Of a stretch of 51,236 nucleotides of DNA, positions 38,024-47,665 are shown one piece after another; position 1 is the first letter of the stretch, and each line of letters begins with the position of its first letter. Origin of the DNA: Methanosarcinales archaeon (lineage in GTDB: Archaea > Halobacteriota > Syntropharchaeia > Alkanophagales > Methanospirareceae). The position numbers and the translations under genes are program-made. The stretch lies in NCBI GenBank assembly GCA_030611585.1, contig JAUWPM010000003.1, positions 1 to 51,236 on the forward strand, written 5' to 3'. The notes beneath the pieces were generated by a model. It searched no databases and had not been told where the DNA came from. It saw only the letters and a list, made by a program, of their open reading frames with translations.

Positions 38024-38773
38024 CTACGACACTTGAGGCGAAACGGAACGTTTCCGATTGATAATGCTCGCCGCGATTATACCTACCTCATAGAAGATCA
38101 CCAGCGGAAACCCGACAACGATCTGGCTCACGACGTCCGGCGGTGTAACGATCGCCGCGAGGGCGAACATTATCACGATTATGTATCGCCGGTACTCCTT
38201 CAGAGCGCTTATTTGGACGATTCCCGATTGAACGGCAAGAACGATAAAGATAGGAACTTCAAACGCAACCCCCAGTATGAGCGTTAGTATTATGACGAAC
38301 GATATAAATTCGTATATGGAGTACGTGGCGGAAACTCCCACTTCTAATGACATACTGTAGAGATATTTCAGGACAAAAGGCAGCATGAGGAAGTAAGAGT
38401 AGCACATACCGAGGACGAATAGAGAAACCGCGGAACCCAGCAATAGAATGAGGTGTGATTTCTTCAGGGGATTCGTTATTCCAAACCGTACCTTCAAGGT
38501 CTTATACACATAATGGCATACAAGCGGGAGCGCAAGTATTACGCCTATGACCATAGCTAACTTTACTTTTAGCATGATCACCTCCACAGGCGAGAGATAG
38601 ATGAGCGTTGCACCTTCGGGGAGAAGGTCCTGTTTTATCCTAGATAACACGGGATCTAAAAGTTGAAATGAAACCAAAAAACCAGCAAGTATAATCACGA
38701 TAATGGGTATGAGCTTTTTCTTTAGCGCCTCCGTTATATATCCCAACTCCTCGAAAATAGCCGCCATCTTCAA
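38024..38773 (-). CDS. tatC: Twin-arginine translocase subunit TatC
   Basis: LSPVE, FEVP, EYRRY, AAIVTPPDVVSQ, FYEVG; start at 38773 or ATG 38767. Confidence 0.92.
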   Translation of the reverse strand: MKMAAIFEELGYITEALKKKLIPIIVIILAGFLVSFQLLDPVLSRIKQDLLPEGATLIYLSPVEVIMLKVKLAMVIGVILALPLVCHYVYKTLKVRFGITNPLKKSHLILLLGSAVSLFVLGMCYSYFLMLPFVLKYLYSMSLEVGVSATYSIYEFISFVIILTLILGVAFEVPIFIVLAVQSGIVQISALKEYRRYIIVIMFALAAIVTPPDVVSQIVVGFPLVIFYEVGIIAASIINRKRSVSPQVS

Positions 38774-38791
38774 TTACCACTAAAATTATTT

Positions 38792-39610
38792 ATGAATATA
38801 GAGGAGATAAAAGCTAAAGTTGAAACTGAAGTGAACGAGAAAGCAAACGAGAAAATGCCGAGAACGGACGATGCAGCCCTGAGCGTAGATGGCCCGATAA
38901 GGGATGAAGAGATTCCGATATTAGAGCATCTTGTTGAACTCCGGAAGAGGGCTATCGTTGTCTTAATCCCGTTCGGTATTGCCGCGCTGGCAATGTTCCC
39001 TTTTTCAAACATTTTCCTTCGCTACTTATTATTCCATAATCTCTTCCCTGAAGAAATGGCTATGTTTGTTTATAATCCGCTGGAATGGATGAGTGTGAGG
39101 CTTTTATTCTGCTTCGTATTCGCTCTTTCTGTTACGATACCATTAATAATATATGAGACTTTCGCTTTCATACGACCCGGGTTGTACCCCTCAGAGCGCA
39201 AATTTTTCCTGATGGTTGTCATACCTTCGATCTGCTGCTATGGCGTCGGTACGGTCTTCGCCTATTACTTCGTCCTTCCTATGATCTTCCGTTATCTCAT
39301 CGGCTATTCCGGAGAGGTAGCACAGGTTGCACTTTCTGCAAAACGGATCTTTTCTATCATCCTTTACACCGGTGTTGGATTCGGGCTGATTTTTCAAATC
39401 CCCTTCGTAATGACCTTAGCGGTGAAGCTGAAAATAGTCACGCATTCGTGGCTCAGGGATAAGAGAGTGATAATCTACGGGCTGATAATAGGCATTGCTT
39501 TCTTCGTCATCGCGGACCCCACGGGCATTTCAATGATCATGGCGTTGATGGCAATAGCACTATTCGAACTTGGACTGTTGCTAACGCGATATATCGGGCG
39601 TAAACGATAA
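38792..39610 (+). CDS. tatC: Twin-arginine translocase subunit TatC (second copy)
   Basis: ILEHLVELRKR, FIRPGLYPSER, FQIP, DPTG, LFELG; true start may be ATG 38855. Confidence 0.92.
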   Translation: MNIEEIKAKVETEVNEKANEKMPRTDDAALSVDGPIRDEEIPILEHLVELRKRAIVVLIPFGIAALAMFPFSNIFLRYLLFHNLFPEEMAMFVYNPLEWMSVRLLFCFVFALSVTIPLIIYETFAFIRPGLYPSERKFFLMVVIPSICCYGVGTVFAYYFVLPMIFRYLIGYSGEVAQVALSAKRIFSIILYTGVGFGLIFQIPFVMTLAVKLKIVTHSWLRDKRVIIYGLIIGIAFFVIADPTGISMIMALMAIALFELGLLLTRYIGRKR

Positions 39611-39656
39611 TCTTTATATATACCCGCGCTTATTTTATAGATAGGAGAAGAAAGAG

Positions 39657-40022
39657 ATGTTTTTTGGAATGATGTTTTTTGGAATGCCCGGCGGAGGCGA
39701 ATTGATAGTAATAGGGATATTGATAATAGTCCTGTTATTCGGCGCAGCGAAGGTGCCACAGCTTGCAAGGTCATTTGGGCAGGCAATGGGGGAGTTCAAA
39801 AAGGCGAAACGCGAATCGGAACTGAACCTCAAAAATCTTGAGGATTCCATAACGGGCGACGAGAAAGGAGCGATACCGAAGACGACGGCAAGCGTGGAGA
39901 CGAAGACCGAAAACGTCAACATAAAAGAAGTAGCCGCGTATATGGGCATAGATACCGCGGGGAAGACCGAAGAGGAGTTAAAAGCGGAAGTGCAGGCAAA
40001 GATGAAATCCTCTACTAAGTAG
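39657..40022 (+). CDS. tatA: Twin-arginine translocase subunit TatA
   Basis: GGGEL..I....LLFGAAKVPQLARSFGQAMGEFKKA; TATA-like TTTATATA at ~39613 and an AGGAG RBS. Confidence 0.93.
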   Translation: MFFGMMFFGMPGGGELIVIGILIIVLLFGAAKVPQLARSFGQAMGEFKKAKRESELNLKNLEDSITGDEKGAIPKTTASVETKTENVNIKEVAAYMGIDTAGKTEEELKAEVQAKMKSSTK

Positions 40023-40061
40023 GAAAAGGAATTGATTGATCAAATTCCCTGGATTTATCTA

Positions 40062-40323
40062 TTACCGCCGAGAGCGCAGAGACAACAGGGTTTTTAGACG
40101 GTTTTAATCATTGGTACGTGTTTATAACCACAAGATTACACGGATTTTCACACAACTTTTTTACCTTCGGTAAAAACCGTGACTAAAAACATTCTCCTTT
40201 TTTCTTTTAGCACTGTGGGGCTCTGCCCCACGACCCCGAAAACCCTGTAAGGGTTTAGTTTTCTTTTTGTGAAAAAGAAAAAGTGTTGTGATGCTTCTGC
40301 GTGCTCCGCGTACTCTGCGGTAA
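40062..40323. repeat. Nested palindromic intergenic repeat element
   Basis: Outer arms TTACCGCCGAGAGCGCAGAG / CTCCGCGTACTCTGCGGTAA; AACCACAAGATTACACGGATTTTCA at 40126; CACAAC...GTTGTG-bounded unit at 40151-40290 holding the double hairpin at 40215-40256. Confidence 0.75.
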
Positions 40324-40428
40324 AACTGTGGTAACTATCTGAAAATTTAGTGATTCCGCCGGGAAATTAGACCGTGCCACGGTATTCAGTGAATCAGCCG
40401 CTTATTTCACGATACTTTTAAAAATATT

Positions 40429-40445
40429 CCAAAAGGTTTATATAT
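40429..40445 (+). promoter_or_regulatory. Putative BRE/TATA promoter of the mptG operon
   Basis: CCAAAAGG-TTTATATAT upstream of 40551. Confidence 0.5.
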
Positions 40446-40550
40446 GTGCAAAGAGCACCCTTTTAGAGGATGGGAAATAGCGGGTTAAGTAAGAGAAGAG
40501 AAAGAATCGTATGTGTGAGTCAAGGTTAAAGATAAGGAGATAATGAAAGA

Positions 40551-41537
40551 ATGACTACCGGTGGTGGAATTGGAAGGGTCGTTGTTGCACCTGCGCACTT
40601 ACACGCGGGTAACATGGACTTAACCGGAGACCTTGGACGGCTCTACGGCACTGCGGGTTTCACTATTGATTACCCCCGAACGGTTATAGAAGCAGTTAAA
40701 TCGGACAAGATCACTGTTAGGGGAGAAGACAGAGAGAACGCAGAGAGATATGCGAGTGCGTTCATGGAGCGATTCAAGGTCGGGGGTGGGATCGAGATAA
40801 ACGTCAAGGAAACCATTCCGGAGCATCTCGGCATGGGATCTCAGACCGCACTCGCGTTATCTATCGGCAGTGCGATTTCAGAACTTTATAACCGCTCTAT
40901 TGCTGTGGAAGAGATGGCTATTGCGCTTGGAAGGTCAGACATCGTTGCGCTTGGTTTTAACTCGTTCCAAACCGGAGGGTTCATCGTTGACGGCGGATAC
41001 AAAATAGAAGACAAATGCAGGCGGGTTCCACCCTGCATATTCAGGTATCCGATACCGGAGGACTGGCTATTCGTCGTTTGCATACCGAAAAAGCCGATAC
41101 CAGCGATACTGAAGATAAAAGAGCACGAGGAAGAGATACTTAACAATCTGAAGCCAATGCCGGAGCAGACGTCCGACCGTCTCTCAAGAATAATGCTCAT
41201 GCAGGTTATGCCCTCTATTATGGAGCACGACATAAAGACCTTCGGTAAATACATAACGGCGTTCAACAGCCGCCTTGGCGGTTTCTGGGAAGAGTTCCAG
41301 GAAGGCAACACTTACTGCGACCCCATCGTGGAGGCGGGAGTGAAAATACTGTTAGAGAACGGAGCTTATGGCGCGTGCCAAACCTGCTGGGGTCCAACGT
41401 TCTACGGGCTCGTGGACGACGGGGACACCGCGCGAAAGCTCGTTGCGAAACTTGAGGATCTTTTAGATAGCGAAGGCGGAGGGGAAGTATTTTATACCCC
41501 AGGCAACAATCAAGGAGCGAGAATAATAAAATGGTAA
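40551..41537 (+). CDS. mptG: beta-ribofuranosylaminobenzene 5'-phosphate (RFAP) synthase family protein
   Basis: HLHAGNMDL.G..GRLYG, IPEHLGMGSQT (GHMP-like), GGFIVDGG, QTCWGPT. Confidence 0.85.
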   Translation: MTTGGGIGRVVVAPAHLHAGNMDLTGDLGRLYGTAGFTIDYPRTVIEAVKSDKITVRGEDRENAERYASAFMERFKVGGGIEINVKETIPEHLGMGSQTALALSIGSAISELYNRSIAVEEMAIALGRSDIVALGFNSFQTGGFIVDGGYKIEDKCRRVPPCIFRYPIPEDWLFVVCIPKKPIPAILKIKEHEEEILNNLKPMPEQTSDRLSRIMLMQVMPSIMEHDIKTFGKYITAFNSRLGGFWEEFQEGNTYCDPIVEAGVKILLENGAYGACQTCWGPTFYGLVDDGDTARKLVAKLEDLLDSEGGGEVFYTPGNNQGARIIKW

Positions 41538-42682
41538 CCGCAATAGGAATAGACCCCGGAACGAAGAGCATGGACGTTTTCGGCTTTGATGACGAGACCG
41601 AGGAGGTGATTATGGACCTCGCAATACCCCGGATTGAGGTAACGAAGAATCCTGCGATCGTGCTGGATGCGATACGTGAATTAGGCATGGAGATAGACGT
41701 AATCGTCGGTCCAAGCGGCTACGGGCTGCCAATGGTAAAAGCTTCGGAAGCTGCGGATGCAGAGATCAATGCGGCAACGTTCATAACGAAAGCCGACATT
41801 GCGAGAAGGCTGAACATCGTCGGGTTACGGGAGTTGATGTTCCTAATGAAGAAGTCGAACCTAAACGTCTGGTTTCCGCCTGGAGTCATCCATCTACCGA
41901 CCGTTCCAGAATACCGGAAGATAAACAAAATAGACCTGGGGACCGCAGACAAGGTCTTCACCGCAGTTTCCGGGATAAAGGATCAAGCGGAGAAATACGG
42001 GATCGAGTACTCAGGAACGTCGTTCATCGTGCTTGAGATTGGCTTCGGCTACACGGCTGCGATGGGAATAGAAAATGGTAAGATAGTTGACGGCGTCGGC
42101 GGAACCATGGGCGGAGTCGGGTACATGGGCATGGGTGCGGTAGACGGAGAACTCGCATACGCCCTGGCGAATACTGTAACGGACTTTTCAAAGATGATGC
42201 TCTTCGATGGCGGTGCAGCCGCTATTTCACAGATAAACCCACAGAAGACTTCTATTGAGGAATTCGTTAGCCGTGCACGGCGGCAAGACTCAGAGCAGCA
42301 TGTGAAGCTTGCTTATTTCGCTATGCTGGAATCAATAATCAAGGATACGTATCTGATGCTTTCTTCCGTCAGGAAGCCAAAGGAGATATTGCTTAGCGGT
42401 CGGTTCACGAGGATCGAGCCCTTCGTTCAGGACGTAACCGCAGTACTGCGGGATCATCTCCAGGGGCTCGGAATCCAAGCAGGAATAAGAACCCTGACAA
42501 GGACTGGCGGTGAGGTAAAAGAAGCTGCGGAGGGTGCGGCACTCATTGCAAATGGGATAGCAGGCGGGAAATACGAGAACCTGATCGAAACTATGGAGCT
42601 GCGGAAAAGCTCAGGCGGGGTGTTCAGCCACGTCTACATGAATAAGGAAGTACGGGGACGAATGGAGGAGACCTTTAGCTGA
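41531..42682 (+). CDS. DUF1464 family ASKHA-fold protein (COG2441 'predicted butyrate kinase')
   Basis: GIDPGTKS, GPSGYG, PTVP.YRKINKIDLGTADK, EIGFGY, LLSGR. Confidence 0.85.
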   Translation: MVTAIGIDPGTKSMDVFGFDDETEEVIMDLAIPRIEVTKNPAIVLDAIRELGMEIDVIVGPSGYGLPMVKASEAADAEINAATFITKADIARRLNIVGLRELMFLMKKSNLNVWFPPGVIHLPTVPEYRKINKIDLGTADKVFTAVSGIKDQAEKYGIEYSGTSFIVLEIGFGYTAAMGIENGKIVDGVGGTMGGVGYMGMGAVDGELAYALANTVTDFSKMMLFDGGAAAISQINPQKTSIEEFVSRARRQDSEQHVKLAYFAMLESIIKDTYLMLSSVRKPKEILLSGRFTRIEPFVQDVTAVLRDHLQGLGIQAGIRTLTRTGGEVKEAAEGAALIANGIAGGKYENLIETMELRKSSGGVFSHVYMNKEVRGRMEETFS

Positions 42683-42702
42683 TAAAGGGGTATTCAAAAA
42701 TT

Positions 42703-43839
42703 ATGACACGAGCGGCAGGTGTTGATCCGGGCACGAAGAGCATGGACATCTGTGCGATTGAAGATGGCAAGGTGTACTATGAGAATCCACTTGATAATAT
42801 CGAATTAGCAAAAGAGCCGGAAAGGATAAACGATGCGTTACGAGAAGCGTTACCCGTGGATCTCATTACCGGACCTTCGGGTTATGGCGTGGAGCCAACG
42901 CGAATAGAGGAGATTCCGGAACGCATCTTCGAGGATTGGTATTACAATTATATCTTGCTGACAACGAAGGCGGAGATACAGAAAGGGATCGCGGACGGCG
43001 TATTTGGCGCGATACTGTACAAGAACATGACGGATTTCTCGGTCTGGATGAGACGGGAGAAGTTCCCGGTTACGTTCATCCCCGGAGTGATCGAACTGCC
43101 GACCGTGCCGTACTACCGGAAGATAAACAAGCTGGATATGGGTACTGCGGACAAGTTAGCCGTGACTGCTCTTGGGGTTCACGACCAGGCGAGACGGTTA
43201 GGGATTCCGTATTCGGACGTGTCATTCATACTCGTGGAAGTTGGCTTTGGCTACAATGCGGTTATGGGCGTAGAAGGCGGCAGAATCGTGGACGGCATTG
43301 GGGGTACGAACTTCCCGGGTATCGGGTTTTTAACCGCTTCGGCGTTGGATGGCGAATTGGTGCAGCTCGTCCGTAACTGGGAGCGAAAGGACGTATTCGA
43401 GGGTGGCGTGGTGTCCGTTACCGGCGAAATGGATCCGGAGGCGTTTGTAAACCGGAAAGACGCTAAAAACGAGATTGCATTTGACGCAATGATGGATGGC
43501 ATAAAGAAAGCGGTTGCGTCAATGAAGGTATCGGTAAATAATCCACGCGAAATTCTACTCTCTGGTAGGTGGGCGAAGCAGAACGAGATAAAGAAGGAGC
43601 TGATAACGCGGCTTTCACATCACGCGGACGTGCGTGCAGTAGGGTTCTTAGAGGGTGCGGCAAAGACGAAGGAGACTGCGCAGGGCTATGCCGTCATCGC
43701 GGACGGGTTGGCTGGCGGCGAATTCAAGCAGTTGATCGAGTGGATGAAGATAAACGAAGCTCAGGGGACTGCTCTGGATTATGTTTATCATCCAAAGTTT
43801 GAGGGCGTGCCGGAGAGGTTTGTGGGGTTTAAAGGGTAA
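42703..43839 (+). CDS. DUF1464 family ASKHA-fold protein, second paralog
   Basis: GVDPGTKS, GPSGYG, PTVPYYRKINKLDMGTADK, EVGFGY, LLSGR. Confidence 0.85.
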   Translation: MTRAAGVDPGTKSMDICAIEDGKVYYENPLDNIELAKEPERINDALREALPVDLITGPSGYGVEPTRIEEIPERIFEDWYYNYILLTTKAEIQKGIADGVFGAILYKNMTDFSVWMRREKFPVTFIPGVIELPTVPYYRKINKLDMGTADKLAVTALGVHDQARRLGIPYSDVSFILVEVGFGYNAVMGVEGGRIVDGIGGTNFPGIGFLTASALDGELVQLVRNWERKDVFEGGVVSVTGEMDPEAFVNRKDAKNEIAFDAMMDGIKKAVASMKVSVNNPREILLSGRWAKQNEIKKELITRLSHHADVRAVGFLEGAAKTKETAQGYAVIADGLAGGEFKQLIEWMKINEAQGTALDYVYHPKFEGVPERFVGFKG

Positions 43840-44009
43840 AGTAAGGGTGGAGTGTCGTGGTATCTTAAAAAAGCGGAGCACGGTAGTTGGTTTGGTGGAG
43901 TGGGAAGAGGCGCATCAGAGCAATTTCAAATGATTTCTTTTTGTCCCAAAGCTCTCAAAAGCGATAAACTTATATAGTAGGAATGATCTTATGTAATGCT
44001 ACATTCCAA

Positions 44010-46442
44010 ATGGATGAGAAGATAATCCAACTTTCCGCTTTGTTACATGATATAGGTAAGTTCTGGCAGGGTGTGGGTGAAAAAGGGAAACACTCAGAAT
44101 TAAGTAGCATGTTTATTCAGGAGTACGTGCCAGAGCAGTGGCACGGGGCTGCTGGGATCGTCGCGAAGCATCATGATCCAGAAGCACGCAAGTCCGGGGA
44201 GTATAAACCTTTAAAGACGATTGTATGTGCAGATTGGCTCTCATCGGGTGAGCGGCGAGGGTTAGTAGAGGATGAAGATAAAGGCGAGCGGAAAGCGACA
44301 CCGCTGATGTCTATTTTTTCGGAGATTAACATTGGTAAAGGCACGCCTGGTCCCGCGCAGTATTATCCCATACATAAGTTGGAATTGGATAAGGAAGTTA
44401 TATTTCCCAAACCGTTAGAAGGTAAGAAAGGAGAAGATCGTTTAAAGGGGGATTATACCGGATTATGGACGGATTTCGTGAAAGAAGTGGAAAGCATAAA
44501 GGTGATAACAGATTTTGATGCGTATTTCAATACGCTTTACTATCTATTGCAGAAATATACGTGGTGTGTGCCTTCTGCGGTCTGGAAAGATGTTCCGGAT
44601 GTTTCCTTGTTTGATCATTTGAAGACGACATGTGCGATTGCAGCGTGTTTGTGCAATGCCGAGGAGCATTACCTCAACAACGTGATAAGTGGTATAGAAA
44701 AAAGTTGGAGAAAAGAAGATTTAAATGAGGAAGAGGAAAGCGCCTTAAATGATGGTAAATTCCTGCTTATAGGTGGGGATATTTCTGGCGTCCAGAATTT
44801 TATTTATGCCGTAACCTCAAAAGGAGCCGCGAAAGGTTTACGTGGCAGGTCGTTTTACCTTGAGTTGCTTACAGAAAGCACTGCCAAGTATATCTTACGT
44901 GAATTGAATTTGCCAATTGCAAATCTACTCTATTGCGGTGGTGGACATTTTTACATCCTCGCACCCAGCGTTGTAGAGAGCGATTTAGAAGGTTTAAGGA
45001 AAAGAATTGCTGAAGATTTGTTAGAGGTTCACAGTGTAGAACTATATTTAGTGCTTGATTGGCTTCTGTTATCTGCTAATGTATTTCAAAAGAGGCAGTT
45101 TGGCGATGCATGGACGGGTATAGGCAAGAAAATAGCGAAAATGAAGAAGAGGAAATTTGCAGAGATTCTGGAGAGGCATGATAGAATTTTTGGACCCATG
45201 GGCGAAGGGGGAACAAAAGAGACTTGTGATATCTGCGGTAGTGAGGAAGAAGTAATTGAGGAAGAAGATGGAAGGAGAATATGTACCTTTTGTAAAAGTT
45301 TAGAGAGTCTTGCGAAAGAGATTGGAAAGGCAAGTTATTGGATTGAAACATGGAAAACTGATATAAAAATAAGTGAAAAAGAAAAAGGTAGTTGGAAAGA
45401 AGCTATTTCTAAATTTGGTGTTGAATATGCGTTTGTGGAAAAGATGGATAATGATTTGAAGACAAGAGAAGCTGACCACATATCAGTGTATAAGCTAAAT
45501 GATACCCATTTCTCGAATGTTATTCCAGGCTATAAGGATGCGAAATCGCCAATTTCATTTGGATTTAAGTTCTTGACGAAGAATACCCCATATAAAGAAA
45601 TAAAAGATATGGAAGGAAAAGCCCACCCCACAGAGGATATAAAAGATTTTCGCGATTTAGCGAGAGATTCTGAAGGAATAAATACTTGGGCTGTATTAAG
45701 AGCTGACGTAGATAATCTTGGTAAGATATTTGCAGATGGTTTAGGTGAGGATAGAACGATTTCAAGAGTATCAAATCTGAGCGCCATGCTTTCGCTCTTC
45801 TTTATGGGCTGGATGGAGAAGATATGTGAAGATGATAAATATAGGGAGAAAGTGTATGCGATTTACTCTGGAGGGGATGACCTTTTCGTAGTTGGTGCAT
45901 GGGATAGAATGCCAGAAATAGGGAAGAATATTTATGACGATTTCGGGACTTTCACGTGCATGAATCCAAATATAACCTTATCCGTAGGTATAACGATAGC
46001 GCCGTCAGAGAAATATCCGTTGTATCAAGCTGCGGATTTGGCAGGAAAAGCATTGGATAAATCAAAGGATTTGAAAGGAAAAAATGGTGTCACGTTCTTG
46101 AATATGCCAATGAAGTGGGATATATTCAGCGGAGATATTACAGAACTCAAAGAAGATTTGAAGAAGCTTCTTAATGCCAGCGTTTCTCGTGGCTTTTTAC
46201 AAAAGTTGAATGCGATATATGGCGAATATGAAAAACAGAAGGTGGAACATGGAGAAGCTTCAGCAAAGTATGACGACCGATATGGTAGATGGCGATGGTT
46301 ATTGGCGTACGTGATAGCGAGAACAAAAGTTTCAAAAGAGGATAAGCAATTATTGAAAAAAACGGAAGTGCTCATTCGTAAAAATATTGAGTATTTACCT
46401 ATCGCAGTGCGATGGGTAGAATATTTAACGAGAAAGGAATAG
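44010..46442 (+). CDS. cas10: Type III-A CRISPR large subunit Cas10/Csm1
   Basis: HD nuclease LLHDIGKF, GDISGVQNFI..LRGRSF, zinc finger CDIC/CTFC, ADVDNLG, palm YSGGDDLF. ATG 44010 preferred (TATA-like CTTATATA at ~43969). Confidence 0.97.
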   Translation: MDEKIIQLSALLHDIGKFWQGVGEKGKHSELSSMFIQEYVPEQWHGAAGIVAKHHDPEARKSGEYKPLKTIVCADWLSSGERRGLVEDEDKGERKATPLMSIFSEINIGKGTPGPAQYYPIHKLELDKEVIFPKPLEGKKGEDRLKGDYTGLWTDFVKEVESIKVITDFDAYFNTLYYLLQKYTWCVPSAVWKDVPDVSLFDHLKTTCAIAACLCNAEEHYLNNVISGIEKSWRKEDLNEEEESALNDGKFLLIGGDISGVQNFIYAVTSKGAAKGLRGRSFYLELLTESTAKYILRELNLPIANLLYCGGGHFYILAPSVVESDLEGLRKRIAEDLLEVHSVELYLVLDWLLLSANVFQKRQFGDAWTGIGKKIAKMKKRKFAEILERHDRIFGPMGEGGTKETCDICGSEEEVIEEEDGRRICTFCKSLESLAKEIGKASYWIETWKTDIKISEKEKGSWKEAISKFGVEYAFVEKMDNDLKTREADHISVYKLNDTHFSNVIPGYKDAKSPISFGFKFLTKNTPYKEIKDMEGKAHPTEDIKDFRDLARDSEGINTWAVLRADVDNLGKIFADGLGEDRTISRVSNLSAMLSLFFMGWMEKICEDDKYREKVYAIYSGGDDLFVVGAWDRMPEIGKNIYDDFGTFTCMNPNITLSVGITIAPSEKYPLYQAADLAGKALDKSKDLKGKNGVTFLNMPMKWDIFSGDITELKEDLKKLLNASVSRGFLQKLNAIYGEYEKQKVEHGEASAKYDDRYGRWRWLLAYVIARTKVSKEDKQLLKKTEVLIRKNIEYLPIAVRWVEYLTRKE

Positions 46443-46443
46443 G

Positions 46444-46827
46444 GTGAGAAAAATGGGTGATGGAATCGTAGAGGAAATAAAAGGGGAATTGCTTTCCATA
46501 CTGGATGGCGATTCCGAAAAATTGGTGAATAACGCGAAGAAATTGGGCAGGCATTTGAGTGGAAGACTCACTACATCTCAGATAAGACGCATTTTCAGTG
46601 AAGTGAAGCAGATGGAAAACTATGACAAGAATAGGTTAAACCTGCTACGACCGAAAATGGCTTATACTGCTGCCCGACACAAGAAGACAGTGCGAGAGAT
46701 AGTAGATTTACAGGAAGTTTTGGATGAGTGTATAAAAAACACGAACAGCGAAGAGCGGTTCAAGAATTTCGGGGATTTTTTCGAGGCAATATTGGCATAT
46801 CACCGTTATTATGGGGGAAAAGAATAG
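46444..46827 (+). CDS. csm2: Type III-A small subunit Csm2
   Basis: LTTSQIRRIF, LLRPKMAY.AAR, FFEAILAYHRYYGG. Confidence 0.95.
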   Translation: MRKMGDGIVEEIKGELLSILDGDSEKLVNNAKKLGRHLSGRLTTSQIRRIFSEVKQMENYDKNRLNLLRPKMAYTAARHKKTVREIVDLQEVLDECIKNTNSEERFKNFGDFFEAILAYHRYYGGKE

Positions 46828-46836
46828 GAGGTAAAA

Positions 46837-47664
46837 ATGGTAGAAATAAGTCTGGAAGGAAAGATTGTGATTACAGGAAATATAAGAACAGAAACGGGTT
46901 TAAGTATTGGCGGCGCGACCGTTGGATTAGATATAGGTGGAGTGGATAATCCCGTGATAAAGAATGCAGAAGGTAAACCGTATATACCAGGGTCATCGCT
47001 AAAAGGTAAAATGCGCTCGCTTTTGGAAAAAGCAAATGGATTAGCCACAGATGATAAGCGAATATGGGTAGTGCCAAATGAAATAAGCATACACATGTGT
47101 AATGAGCCGGAGTGCGTGGTCTGCAATATATTTGGAAGGACAACAAGAAAGGAACCTTATTCATCTCCAGGTGGAGGTGCGATAAAAATAGAGAAAGAAA
47201 ACGTTACACCCACTCGTTTAATAGTGAGAGATGCTGTGCTTTCGGAAGATAGCGTAAAAAAGCTGAGGGGGCTGAAGACCGACTTAGAATTTACAGAAGT
47301 GAAGTGGGAGAATGTAATAGATAGAATAACCTCGGCAGCGACTCCAAGACAGATGGAACGGGTTCCAGAAGGAGCAGAATTCAAGTTCGGGATGATATAC
47401 AATGTCTTTACGGAATCAGACAAAAGCAACTTGAGAGAAGTATTCAAAGCACTGGAGCTTCTTGAGCACGATTATCTCGGAGGAAGCGGCTCGAGGGGAT
47501 ATGGCAAGGTGAAATTTGAAGACGTGAACGTATATTGGAATTCAAAGGCTGATTATGAGAACGGAGATGTAGACACCGAGACGAAAACATCAATAAATGG
47601 CGAATACAAAACGCCTGCGAGCATAGTAAAGAATTTTGAAGCGATAAAGGAAAAAATCAAGTAG
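46837..47664 (+). CDS. csm3: Type III-A backbone RAMP Csm3
   Basis: TGLSIG, IGGVDNPV (catalytic Asp), PYIPGSSLKGKMRSL, ENVIDR, LGGSGSRGYG. Confidence 0.96.
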   Translation: MVEISLEGKIVITGNIRTETGLSIGGATVGLDIGGVDNPVIKNAEGKPYIPGSSLKGKMRSLLEKANGLATDDKRIWVVPNEISIHMCNEPECVVCNIFGRTTRKEPYSSPGGGAIKIEKENVTPTRLIVRDAVLSEDSVKKLRGLKTDLEFTEVKWENVIDRITSAATPRQMERVPEGAEFKFGMIYNVFTESDKSNLREVFKALELLEHDYLGGSGSRGYGKVKFEDVNVYWNSKADYENGDVDTETKTSINGEYKTPASIVKNFEAIKEKIK

Positions 47665-47665
47665 C

